A stretch of 62,916 nucleotides of DNA, counting the filler, from Rhabdomonas costata (lineage: Eukaryota), in NCBI GenBank assembly GCA_019059605.1. It is 44 parts of 44 records of this genome, joined end to end, with 100 filler letters (N's around TTAATTAATTAA, not from the genome) between each part and the next. Parts side by side here need not be neighbours in the genome. Positions count along the whole stretch, not along the records: positions 12,902 to 14,233 come from JAHMHO010019117.1; positions 14,334 to 15,666 come from JAHMHO010019118.1; positions 15,767 to 17,098 come from JAHMHO010019119.1; positions 17,199 to 18,531 come from JAHMHO010019120.1; positions 18,632 to 19,966 come from JAHMHO010019121.1; positions 20,067 to 21,398 come from JAHMHO010019122.1; positions 21,499 to 22,830 come from JAHMHO010019123.1; positions 22,931 to 24,262 come from JAHMHO010019124.1; 36 more parts are not named here. One strand, given 5' to 3'. The first letter of the stretch is position 1. Every line of letters begins with the position of its first letter. Below are positions 12,902 through 24,982 of the stretch, piece after piece. Made by a program: the position numbers and the translations under genes. The notes beneath the pieces are model-generated. The model was not told the DNA's origin. It ran no database searches and saw only the letters and a list, made by a program, of their open reading frames with translations.

Positions 12902-14215
12902 GCAGTCACGGTGATCAGATAGCGGGTGGCGGGCTGGAGGTCCCTCAGAGTATAGGTCCTGACCCCACACACATGCAGACACACTCAGTCGTTGCTCTCA
13001 TCGGGTCACTCTTCACAACAATTGTGAGACAAACGGGAGATGAGCAGATTAAATGTTCGGGTACACAAAACGGCACCACGTAACCAAAGCACAACGCGCC
13101 CAAACATACACAGCATGCCTGCAGCGCCTGAAAATGACCCAAGAAGACGCAAACGCCATTGATCACCAAAACTTTTTGGTCATCTTGATTTTGCATTTTT
13201 TTTTTTGCAATTTTTCGGGTGCATATTCCCTAATTCTAACTTGCACCATGCACCACCACCCCGCAAAATGAGGGAGAAAATTGATGTGGAGTCCGCAGGG
13301 ATGGCAATACCTTTGCTCCGAAATAGCTGCCAGTCTAAAGGTGACGCCATTGTCGCTGACTCGAACACGGTAGACAATAGAATCTTCGGCTGCATCCACC
13401 TCAACCGCCTTCCACCTCAACACGATGCTGTTATGGGTAATTTCCACAGGCTGCAAGCAGACCCACAGGAAAGCAGCACCACCGCCACCGCCACCGCCCA
13501 CGACGACAAGACGCTGCAATCACGTTGTTGAGAACAGTACTGATCCCCACAACGTGATCTCCACTACCTTTGCGGGAAACTTACAAACTGCAATTGCTGC
13601 ACTAGAAGCCACCAAACCCCAAAACTCACCCCGCGTGTCGTGCCAGCCTCTGAGACGGGCAGCCTACAAGAATAAGTCAAAAGCTGAACAGCAACGACCA
13701 CAGAAAACAACTGAAAAAGGCAAACATAAGTTCCTGATTTTGCATCGCTGACGTTCAAGAAGAAATCTGCATCCTCACTGCCTACTAACGGAGCGAGCAG
13801 AAGTATCCATCATATGTAGTGCAGAGCGCTCAGCTTTCACTCTCCTCAGAAAAAAGGCATTTTGTTGGTCTGCGGAGAGGGCAAGGAACACAGGCAAACA
13901 TGGAGTCGAAGCATTAGGGAAGGCCCTTGCCTTCTTGCCCTTCCCACCGCGAACTTTAAATGTGCCGAATGTGCCCTTGCAATTGTGGCGCACATCGGAG
14001 GCACCACAAATTTCCTATTCGCCACCCATTCGACGTCCTTGGGTCTCAGGAGCTGTATTGTCCATTTGTGCGGGGTCATTGGCAACCAAAGAAGAAAGGG
14101 GTAAGGTGTAAGCACGCGGAGGATTGACCGTGATCCGAGCAGGGTTGCGTGAGGCTGAGGTTTTCCTGGTCTTGAAGGGAAGCGGTGCTCGCACCACGGG
14201 GTGGTGCTCGGACTG
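12902..14215 (-). CDS. Fibronectin type III domain protein, partial; exons ~14215-14129, 13450-13311, 12958-12902
   Basis: PVEITHNSIVLRWKAV...IVYRVRVSDNG...EQR|TYTLRDLQPATRYLITVTA: FN3 W, Y and LxPxTxY motifs joined across GT-AG introns. Confidence 0.8.
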
Positions 14216-14333
14216 CGATGCAGAACCCCACAANNNNNNNNNNNNNNNNNNNNNNNNNNNNNNNNNNNNNNNNNNNNTTAATTAATTAANNNNNNNNNNN
14301 NNNNNNNNNNNNNNNNNNNNNNNNNNNNNNNNN

Positions 14334-14887
14334 CCTGATGGGAGCATTCCAAAACGAGCGAAGAACCCAAACGGCCCCTGCACGCCAGCCCATGGGACCA
14401 GCGGTGCGAAAAATGCGGAAAGGAGAGGGAAGAGGGGGTTTGGGAAAGAAAAATATGCAACCTGGTAAACCCCCCAGAACAGCGATAAGAAAAAGAACTG
14501 TTTTCCACACACGAGTCACTCAGGGGCACACACAGCGTTCGGCAAGCACGCACAGACGGGGTGCCCAATAATGCGTTTGGTTTATGCCCTCCTTTATTCT
14601 CATAAATGAGGTCTGCCCTGCAACGGAGGAGCACGGCGAGCACCATTTCTGAAGGACGGACGAGGCAGCCCTCTCCCACAGATCCCCGTCCTGCGGCGAG
14701 TCCCCCATCTCTCGCTCGGAAAACAGGCAGAGTGGAGGGTCCTCAATTCGCGAGGCTTGTCCTGATGGGAGCATTCCAAAACGAGCGAAGGACCCAAACG
14801 GCCCCTGCACACCAGCCCATGGGACCAGCGGTGCGAAAAATGCGGAAAGGAGAGGGAAGAGGGGGTTTGGGAAAGAAAAATATGCAA
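14334..14887. repeat. 127-nt direct repeat (14334-14460 and 14761-14887)
   Basis: Two copies differing at 2 positions. Confidence 0.9.
14554..14617 (-). CDS. Possible short exon, ankyrin-repeat-like
   Basis: CAG|ADLIYENKGGHKPNALLGTPS|GTGCGT resembles the GADxxxxNxxGxTP turn. Confidence 0.3.
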
Positions 14888-16130
14888 TCTGGAAAGCAGA
14901 GGGTAGCCTAGAGGCCCAGAGGGACAAGCGAGAGTAGAGAGAGAAAGACAGCAGCCGCGGTGGCGGCAAGTCAATCAAGAATACTGGATGATTTGTGCAT
15001 GGCAAATATGAACCCTGACATCGGTGGTATGCTTTGGTCCCAAGGTGGCACGGACTTCACCGGGCACATGAACAACAACAACATGGGCAGCACGAGGCAA
15101 AGGCACTATGCACAGAGGTCCCAATAGGAAAGACCACGAGAACCACCCTTTCTGTTGTTGAGGACATGTAACGGGAGTCCCGTTACTCATTCACCACTGT
15201 GTCAGTGTTTCAGATTCTGTCGAATAGTGACTAGCAAACGACAACCAACTTCAGGCGGGAACGTAACAGCCCCAGGAAACGCAAACCCTGCACCCCACAG
15301 AACCACAGCACTGACAGCAGATGTGCACATAGCCATCACACAATGAACATACAAGTCTGATGGAAGAAAACAGGATATCGCGGGCCCCAAGCACAAGTAC
15401 AATACAGTCCATTCACAGAAGGCAGAGCGCCAACGAATGATATCACATAATGTCACGCACGGTAGCCAGCAACCGCAGAAAGAAAACAGAGGTACGGGAA
15501 CATGCGACACAGGACCCAACAGCACAATTGCAAAAGGCTCAGCCACGGATAAACTACACCAAAATATAAGCAATCATCCCAAAATTTTCTGGCGAACCGA
15601 CGACCAGGGCCAGCGGTTGCATTTCTCGCACAATCCATCATAGCTACCTACCAGTATTAGAACGAANNNNNNNNNNNNNNNNNNNNNNNNNNNNNNNNNN
15701 NNNNNNNNNNTTAATTAATTAANNNNNNNNNNNNNNNNNNNNNNNNNNNNNNNNNNNNNNNNNNNNTGTGTGTGTGCCTTTGTGTGTGAGCGCTGCGAAG
15801 TGCGGTGCAGTTCTCCACTTTTTTCTGGGTTCTGTTTGTTCAGGTTGAGGCTTTTCATAAGGAAAGCTCTTGCGGGTGCACAGTCGGCAGCTCCGCTCGT
15901 CTGTACATAGAAACCGAGAGGAATCTGTGAAGGGGGGGGGGGAACGCCCGCGGAAGAGAGCTGTGTAAGAAAGGTGGCTATCACTGTTCTAGGGGAGTGG
16001 CTGAACAGCTTCTGCCCGTGATGTCCCGAAAGAGCGATGATTCCGCTCCAAGACACCCTCAGGAAACCCAACCAAGCCCAGGAATAGCGCTCACCATGTC
16101 CTGCTTCCCATTGCACAGCGGGCAACGTAC

Positions 16131-16307
16131 CTGAGCACCCTGAAACCGTAAATGTTCCGTACGACGAGCTGCAAGCCAAACTCACGCTGCCGCTGTAGCC
16201 CGAGGTGCACGACAACCCACCCCAGCTGGAAGCAGTCACGTACCCACTGCAGCTGTAACCGTCGTAAGAGTATCCCGAGGGTATCGAAGGCAGGCTGCAG
16301 GTATTCA
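16131..16307 (-). CDS. Exon encoding a Cys/Ser/Gly-rich extracellular repeat module
   Basis: NTCSLPSIPSGY...LSCTSGYSGSVSLACSSSYGTFTVSGCS; 177 nt, phase 1-1, (TC)n tract plus CAG acceptor, GTACGT donor. Confidence 0.7.
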
Positions 16308-17661
16308 CTGAGAGAGAGAGAGAGAGCGAGAGAGGAGAGGAACGTGGAATGCGTGCGCGCGTGACTTTGAGCTTTAGTTAGGATAGATGATGTGGTATAA
16401 GAGTTGGTATACGAGAATCTGAAAGTGAGGTTTTTGGGAGAAAGTTCTCCAGCTTGAGGGCTCTATCCCCGGCTGGGGCAGTGTTGGTTGTAATAGAAGA
16501 ATGACTGGAACACCCTGAAACAACATTCACCATTAGCGGGAAGGGGAAGTGTGATGCTTTGGGCGTCCCCGGACGAAAAGAGCTAAATACAATGCTGAAA
16601 ACGTGGTTCTTGCACCAATGTCCAGAAATGAGGGGAAAACGTAACAACCTTCAAGTACGACGAGGTAGGACTTTTGCAAATCGAGCTTTGCCATTTCATT
16701 TTAATCCAACTCCAAACAGGATTCAACGCTGACATCTCAAGGCTGCAACGCTAAGGCTACGATTCTGGTATTGCGAATGCTTTTCCACAACTTTTTCTGC
16801 CAAGGTTTTCGCACGATGTCTTTAGCGAAGTGAGCCATACTTATATCTAGGTATTCACGTGCAATGCTAGGAAGTCCACACAAATCACGGCCACCGCGAG
16901 TTAGAAAACAGCGACAGTGACGAGATGAATGGTGGATGAACGGCGCAAAAATTAGCGGAACTTTAGAGGTGTCCTGGACCTTCTACTCCAGAAGATTTTC
17001 GAAGAATTCCAGTGGAATTCTTCGAAAATCTTCTGGAGTAGAAGGTCCAGGACACCTCTAAAGTTCCGCTAATTTTTGCGCCGTTCATCCACCACCCGNN
17101 NNNNNNNNNNNNNNNNNNNNNNNNNNNNNNNNNNNNNNNNNNTTAATTAATTAANNNNNNNNNNNNNNNNNNNNNNNNNNNNNNNNNNNNNNNNNNNNTT
17201 GTGTTGGTGCGTGTTTTTTTGTATGTTTGTGGTGGGCAGCGCGACTTGAATTTTTTTTTACCCCGTGGCCTTTTCCGCGCAGAAATGTGAGTTTGTTGTG
17301 TAACCCAACGTCTGCAATAACCTAAATATTTGTCTTACGTATGGTGAAAAGGCTGAACTAAACCACACACAAACACACAAAAAAACACGCACGAACAACA
17401 CGCAAACAAGAAAACTCGAATTGTTCACAAAACCCCCAAAGCAAAATTCTACCCACACCTGGGCTGCAGTGTTAGCCGTTTGGGAGGATACTAAGATATA
17501 ACTGCGCAATGTGAGTGGGAAAGAGTGGTGCACCACGCAAATAAGTGAACGAGAAATAGCACGTGCAAGGACACGTTGTGACATGTAATCACGAAGAATG
17601 GATTTCTTTGCGTTCGGTCTGCTGTGAGCAGAAGGGCTCCTCCGCCGCTCCCTCCGCAAAC

Positions 17662-18301
17662 CTGAAGCTTCTTTTGCAGCTCCGCCGTGGTTGTCCTCTC
17701 CCGTTGCTCCGCCTCACTCAGCCTGTTCTCGGCCTTAGCCAGCGCGGCGCGGACCTCGTCCAACTGCCTCTGCAGCTGCTCTGACCTCCTCTGCGCAGTC
17801 TGGGCCCACGACACGGCAGCATCCTCGGCAGCCAAGCTGGACGCCTGCATCTCCTGGGACCCGTGCACGCGCACCGCTGTGTTGAGTGGGCTGCTTTGGA
17901 AGCGTCTGAAAACAGTCGTCCCTCGCCCTCCCTTCGTAAAAGGAGAGGAGAGGTAGGATAAATCTTGAACCCATCGGTCCACAATCACCCGGTATCGGCT
18001 GATGAAGGAGCTGACCGTGAGATGCCAGAGGTGAAATGGAAGGCTATACCTATAGCATCCACAGGGTTCTACGAAGCGGCTTGTGCGCGTTCGGAAACCT
18101 GTCCCCCTTTTTGAGAGGATGCTGCATCCCCACATTCCCAACTTTCAAATTCTCGGATTCTCCCCAATTGTTGTTGAAGATTAGCTGAAATATTAATGCT
18201 GGCTCGACCTTGGCTTTCCGGAGAGCTTCGTCTTGGTCCCGAAGCTGCGCCTCGAGGGCGAGGGTTTTCTCATCCTTCTGAGCAACCACCGCCTCGGTTT
18301 C
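17662..18301 (-). CDS. Coiled-coil protein, partial; exons 18301-18209 and 17853-17662
   Basis: Two phase-0 E/Q/A/L-rich heptad exons with AG/GT borders. Confidence 0.65.
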
Positions 18302-20492
18302 CTGAACAGGAAGGCAACGACAACACACCGTACAACGCGGAGCAGCAGAACCCCGAGGGGTAAAAATGCAGGCGGAAACCAAAGTGGAGGGCGAGGGTCC
18401 TTGCACCCTCAGGCCGGAACCCAGCCGTGCCCCTTGGCGGCTGTTCCTTTTTTATCTTGTGCCGCTTCTTTCCCCAGCGCAGCGGAGGGTTTATCGACGG
18501 CACCCACAACGTATGTACAAAAAACCCACACNNNNNNNNNNNNNNNNNNNNNNNNNNNNNNNNNNNNNNNNNNNNTTAATTAATTAANNNNNNNNNNNNN
18601 NNNNNNNNNNNNNNNNNNNNNNNNNNNNNNNGACCTTTTACAACAGAGTCCTAGGCGAGTTGATAGGCAGGGGGAGGCCTCTGCTTGAAATGCACCATTT
18701 TAATCGAAGATCCTCTACTCATTTGCTACCTCACTGATCTGTCATCTGGCAGTACACAATACGCCCAACTCGGCTCACAACCTGAACATTCCATCACCGA
18801 TCAAAGTTCAGCGAAATGATGCAATCACTAAAGAAGGCAGAGATGGCATGTGTGCACTGGGGAAGCTCACAGTGGAGGTGTGTGGGGGTGCTGTACGGAA
18901 GTGCAATGTTTGGCTGGACACCATATTCCACCTGCTCTTGCAGATGGTGGCTTCATTTCTTTTCTTGCACCAAGTATGTCCGCTTCATCCCAAAACGTTA
19001 CAACCGAAAAAAGCGCAAAGCCCAAATCAGATGGTGAAAAACATGGGTTCTTTTACCTGTAGGTGGTTTTTCTTCTTTTCGGCTTGTTCTTTGCGCGTCT
19101 ACCCCAACCCTGCCACATCTTCGCACACCCGTCACACAAACAAGAGCAGGTGCATCATATCGTCTGCTGTGCCTTCCCGTCAGTTGTACAACAGGGTTAC
19201 CAGTCCGTGTTTTAGTGTTCTTTTCATAGTGGTGGTTACCCTCGAGTTTTGACTCAAACGCGCGCGCAAGCGAAAACAGGAGAGCGAAAGGGGACGATGT
19301 CAGTCATAAGAAGTCCCCTTCTTTTGACTTTCGAAAGAACAGAGCAGTATGCAAGCGAGGGGAGGGTGGGGGAGAGACACCGGCTGGTTCCTGCGCCGCA
19401 GCAGCTGGGCTTTGCACACCGTGGGCAGGAGGGTGACTTTGCGGCGGACCCGCTGGGCCGACGCTGAGGGGGTCGCCACAGACGGCGGGGCCACAGCCCG
19501 GCTCCCACCCACCACCCCTCTCATTGCAGGGAGTCGGCTCCCAGAGTCCTGCGGTCCAACACAGAGACAGATCGCTACGCCAGGCGTCATCAACTGCGTG
19601 GAGGCAGCATGACAATTTAAAGGAAGGCAAACATCCAGCCGGGCATACACAATGACAGTTGGGAGGCTTGGCACCTTTCACTGGAATGTCCGCATCTAAG
19701 GAAGAAGCATGGCCAATTCCGCAGAGGGAGACTTTCACAGAGTCGATGGGCGGCAAGACGGACGACAAACAGAGTGTCCTTTCCCCCGGGAAAAGACCAA
19801 GGAACAACACGGCAAACGTGGCAAGCACACACACATAGCTTGCCGCAGTCCCCGCAAACACATGGGCACACGGATATCCCTCAATGCCGCTAAGTCAATG
19901 AGCGATAATGATCCATTCAATTAGTGATCAAAGGAGCACAAACCCAGCGAGACTTGACCAAAAAAANNNNNNNNNNNNNNNNNNNNNNNNNNNNNNNNNN
20001 NNNNNNNNNNTTAATTAATTAANNNNNNNNNNNNNNNNNNNNNNNNNNNNNNNNNNNNNNNNNNNNGCCGTTTTTTACCGAGATTGCTGCATCGATCGGC
20101 ACGCACTTATGCTTTTGGGGACCCCCAGGCCCCAACCGCAGGAATTGGGTGGATGCTAATTTTGATGGGAAATGCAATGCAAGAAGAACTCGCAGAAGAG
20201 CTTCTGTCCGGGATGCGCAGTGCTCACTATGTTGCGTGCAGAGTCACTCTCTCAATCACTCAATCACTCACTCACTCACACCTATGCTTACTCTCCATAT
20301 AACATTGCTCTCTTTTCTCGACCTCGTTGTGAAGTCATTCTTTTCATTTGTGCTCCGTTTTGCATGGTTGTCAACGACTGTCTGATGGGAGTGGGACAAG
20401 GTTTCCTAGTCTCTCATGTTCCACTCTGAGCGCATTATTACTCTGGATCGTTGTTGTCTCAGTCAAAGGATGCTTGGTTGGGTTTTGCCCAG

Positions 20493-20828
20493 GAATCACT
20501 CACGACAGCGCGATTGAATTGGCGCGTCTTCTGGTCGAGCTCACTCCTGCAGGCTTAGAGAAGGTCTCATTTGCACGCACCTCTCAGGCTCTCTCGGGCG
20601 CACCTCTTTCTCATTTTTGCAAACTCGCTTTGACCTAAACTTCATGAGACCCTTCTTTAAAACCATTCAGACCGCTCCCATTTGAGGAATGAAATTCATT
20701 TCTTCACTGCAGGTGTTCTTCTCGGACTCCGGCTCAGTGTCTGTTGAGGTTGCCATGAAGATGGCCCTGCAGTACTGGGTCAGCCTGGGCCACCCCGGGA
20801 AGACCAAGTTCTTGACGGTTCGAGGAGG
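20493..20828 (+). CDS. bioA: Adenosylmethionine-8-amino-7-oxononanoate (DAPA) aminotransferase, partial; exons 20493-20563, 20713-20828
   Basis: [46 protein letters not shown]...KFLTVRGG, the BioA signature. Confidence 0.9.
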
Positions 20829-21145
20829 GTGTGGGCCCTCTGCATATCACTCTGTACTAGGTGTGGGGGATTGCCCTTGGTTTTGAAGATGTGGGCACCC
20901 TCAGGTCCGCAGATCAGGAGACTTTTGACTCTTACACTTTCCAGTCCCATGTGCAACGATGCAAGCCAGTAACTTCGCGGACACTCCCAGTAGAGGATCA
21001 AAGTGCAAATAGCTAAGAAAGAAAATGAACGAGGAAGTCAATTGTTTCCCAAAGGTGCAGATGCGTTGCAGATGCAGCCGATTTGATTCGCTTCACACGT
21101 TTAAATTGCAAAGATGTAGACCAACATCGTTGTTTTGTAGATGAT

Positions 21146-21264
21146 ATGATACTTGGGGAGGGGGGTGGCCATATATTGGAGTATAATGATATTATAGTAT
21201 GATGATATTATAGTACAATGCTATAATACCCCATTATACGGGCGCCCCCCCCCCACAGTATCAT
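21146..21264. mobile_element. MITE-like element with imperfect terminal inverted repeats
   Basis: ATGATACTTGGGGAGGGGGGTGGCC...GGGCGCCCCCCCCCCACAGTATCAT around an AT-rich core; left end recurs at 3514-3534. Confidence 0.6.
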
Positions 21265-21498
21265 TTCCCCGTTTTGTAGATATGTTTCGTCGTTGTTTTG
21301 GGCTTGGTGGACCAGCCCACCCCAACACCCATTGTTGACTTTCACGACATGGAAGAGTAGCAGCGGTTCACCGCCTGCCGCCCTCTGCAACACCAGCGNN
21401 NNNNNNNNNNNNNNNNNNNNNNNNNNNNNNNNNNNNNNNNNNTTAATTAATTAANNNNNNNNNNNNNNNNNNNNNNNNNNNNNNNNNNNNNNNNNNNN

Positions 21499-22537
21499 TG
21501 TGTTGGGTGAGTCTGGGTGTGGGTTGATCACGCTGCCCTGCTTGCCAAGCTGCAGCAGAATGTCGTTCTGGAGTTGGGCCACCGAGATCTCCAGCACAAG
21601 GGAGACGTTCAGGTAGGGCATTGTCCAACTCGCCGCCAGCACTGTGCCGTACCCCGCGGAGCCTAGGACGTCCAGGGCAGTCCCGTTCCCACTACCAACC
21701 GTGGCCTCGGCCGCGGGGTCGAAGGTACACAACGATCCCTGGCAGCCAGGAATGGGCGCTGTCAGGAGAACTCCAGGGCTCGCGGGCTGCACCAGCGCGA
21801 TGCTGGAGTTCTCATTCGGATCCACGAAAAGAGCCATGTTGACCGTGTTGGCCGCCGTGATGACGTACTTCTGAAAAGTGGACTGGTCCGAGACGAAGGG
21901 CAAAATGTAAAGCACGCCCAACCCGCCTCCACCACATGCGGTCAGGAGGCGTGAGGCCATAAATGCGCTGGCCATGTTGTAGGACTCTCCCAGAAAGCTT
22001 CCACCTAACGAGGTCAGCGACATCGCCATGGCCGTGGAGAAGTCATCCGGGTAATTGGTGCAGCTAGGGCTGGGGCTGGGGCCCATGCAGTACCGCAGTG
22101 GGGTCAATGGACTCGGAGTGCCACTAAAACGAGAACAGAAAGGACACGAATGAGCATACATACAGAAAAAGAGAATAAAATCAAGAATCCCGTCACATAT
22201 CCCGCAAGTACCCCTGCAAACAATACCTCGCGTTGCTAACCAGAATCGCTTCAAAACCGGGCGGATACTGCTCCACATTCGTTCGGTTCATCACAGAGAT
22301 CAGCGTGTTGAGGTCCATCAGTCCCATCTGGCACTGCACCGTGAAGGTGTTCGCCAGAACACGCGCTCGAGACAGCGCACGGTCCTTGGCCACGGAGAGA
22401 AACATGTTGTCCGTGAGCATCGCCGCGATTCGGGTGGCCGCAAGGGCTCGCTGGGTGCTGGTGGCCACGTTGGCGTCGTAGCCCACGCCCTGCACCACGT
22501 CGGCCAGCATCTCCGCTGTAGCCAGTTGGCTGGTCGG
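21499..22537 (-). CDS. Extracellular region of a receptor-like membrane protein with Cache-like repeats, partial; exons ~22537-22227, 22123-21499
   Basis: Long open exons joined by a GT-AG intron; GYGTVLAASWTMPYLNVSLVLEISVAQL resembles Cache C-terminal strands. Confidence 0.55.
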
Positions 22538-24362
22538 CTGCGCCGAGGAAAAAGACAAGTGAGCGCGCTGACGCCAGCGGCAGGGCGCTGGATGCTGCTC
22601 CCAGGTTACATTTGCTGGATCCCAGGCCGAAACAGAGGCTAGGCAGAAGGGGAGGGGAAGACATGTTGTATGAAGCTGTAACTGGAACTGGTTCCCGTCG
22701 GGGAGCTCTCCGGGAGAGCCGGTGGCTGGTCAGTTGCAGCGTCGTAGGGGGATTTAAAAGAAAAAGGTCAGAAGGTGGTAATCGGGTGCTTTCAGTTGCT
22801 GGAGCCCGGCGAAAATTGCAAAAACACACANNNNNNNNNNNNNNNNNNNNNNNNNNNNNNNNNNNNNNNNNNNNTTAATTAATTAANNNNNNNNNNNNNN
22901 NNNNNNNNNNNNNNNNNNNNNNNNNNNNNNTTGTTGTTGTACTAAAGCCTGCCCCACGTGTCCCAGGCTTTAGTACAAAAACACGCGAAAGAAACTCTGT
23001 GTCCTCCCACACCAGGCGCCCAACACTGGGCGAGAAACCCTTGTAGGGGTGTGGTGGATGCATTTCCGCATAAAAATGTAACTGTGAATTAAAACACACT
23101 TTGGATATTATTGGTTGTGAAGTAATGTTTCACATTCGAGCCGCTGTGCATGTCGTGGTCGTTTGGAAGAAAAAGAAAAGAAGAAAACTGCTATGTTCTT
23201 AAGCCGTCAGTTTTGCTGATGGCAGCGAGTTCAGAACAACTAATTTTGATAATGACCAATCACTGTTTGAAGGATGCCCCGATTGCGGTTTTGCTCCGAA
23301 CCAAAATAGAAATCAATTCTGGCTGATTTGCGTTTGATTTGCGAGGCTTCTGTGTTGCGAGTCTGAGAGACGTCCAAGACAGAAAAAGGAGAAATCTATA
23401 CAAATCTTGCGGTGCAACATTTTTTGTATTGAATTTTGGATGGATTATTGTGGGTACACTTTTTGTCAGAGCCACGTTTTCTCTTCTCGCTGTGATGGCT
23501 TCTGCGCTGGGGTATACCCTACCTGACTCGGAGCTGGGGAAAATGCGAGAAATGTGGCGAGCAGCGCAAACCTATGTCCCGCTCAGCGCATCCTTTGGAG
23601 CGGTCTTCGAGCCTCAGGAGTCCTCTCTTGGAGATGGAAGCCATCGGTGTGGGCCCGGAAGTTGGCGTGGTTTGGTAAACGTATGAGGGATCCTCTCGTA
23701 ATTCGTATATAGGCATTCGAGTGCGAAATTTCTGTCGCTTGCCAGTTTCCCACTGCAGATAGATGCATCATTCCCCACCCAATGGGGGCATCGTCCCTAC
23801 CCAACCAATATATAGCATTAATACCTATCAGATTTGATTGATGTACCATCGTACCACGTGGTGCATAGCAGGAGAGGAAGTTACAGCTTAGGACTTGTGG
23901 TCCCCCCCAAAAATATCATACAAGCCAGATTTTTCATTTACTCAGCGCTGTTCGCCGGGAGGAGCGAATGTGCGCAACGAATTCCGACGTGAAGATTTTT
24001 GGAGGTGATTTTCAATTGCTGGTTTTTGTTGGTTTTTTAGGGTTAGGGGCCCGCCGCATAAAATGCTCAAAATCAAAAACGCTTCTTTTTGAAATGTCAT
24101 ACACGATGCTGTAGACTAACATACAAACCTGACTGTGTCCTCCGGGCCCCATACACTCGCAAGGCGGTGATGCCTCTTCCCGAGGCCCTTCGCACGGGGT
24201 TTCGCGTCTCGCTGACCGCGTTCAACCCTCGGGGAGAGCTTCGAAGCCTGACCCAAAAACAANNNNNNNNNNNNNNNNNNNNNNNNNNNNNNNNNNNNNN
24301 NNNNNNTTAATTAATTAANNNNNNNNNNNNNNNNNNNNNNNNNNNNNNNNNNNNNNNNNNNN

Positions 24363-24982
24363 CTGATTTAGTGCCGCTCAGCCCTAAACACAGTGCTTGA
24401 AGTGCTCCGACGAAAGTCTCAGTTTACGGTGGAGCCTGCTATGCGAAAGTCTGTAACACGGCTGGGTGTTCCGCATTAAGGGTTCGAAAGGGTTTGGAAG
24501 GCTTCCCACCTTAGTTCTACTGCAGTAGCCCTTGCCCCCGTGAAATGCAAGGCTAGCTCCACCCGGAAACGGAGCGATTAGTCTGTAACATTCCGAAAAG
24601 TCTTTTCACCCTGTTTTTAAGCCGATGGTCTCAAAAATGTAGTGCACGTGGAGATGAGCGCAGCCCGAAGATGAGGGTTTGACCTGGGAGGCCAAGTACG
24701 GTATGGAAAGGAGCTTTGCGGGCCGAAGGCGCGAGCATTTTTTTTAGGAGTAAACTCCACTCCTTTCAGACTTTTAGGTACACCGTGCAAAGGCGAAGTT
24801 TCGGCCCAAAGAGCAGTCTTTTTGAAAGTAAAATAGGCGTGTTTCGGGTGCACGTCGTGCACCTTCAACGCCAGGCATCAGCCAACATACTGGCTGTCCT
24901 GATTTCATGCCGCTCAGCCCTAAACCCAAGGCTTGAACGGCTCCGACAAAACTCTCAGTTTACGGTGGAGCCTGCTATAGTA
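24363..24982 (+). repeat. Dispersed repeat family; ~80-nt terminal block present twice (24363-24441, 24899-24982)
   Basis: CTGATTT..TGCCGCTCAGCCCTAAAC...GCTCCGAC(G/A)AAA(G/C)TCTCAGTTTACGGTGGAGCCTGCTAT twice; third copy at 3128-3200 on the minus strand. Confidence 0.85.

Noticed and set aside
16930-17094. Perfect ~82-bp-arm palindrome (possible hairpin telomere or cruciform)
   Set aside because: At a contig end and perfect; similar fold-backs end several other contigs, typical of amplification chimeras
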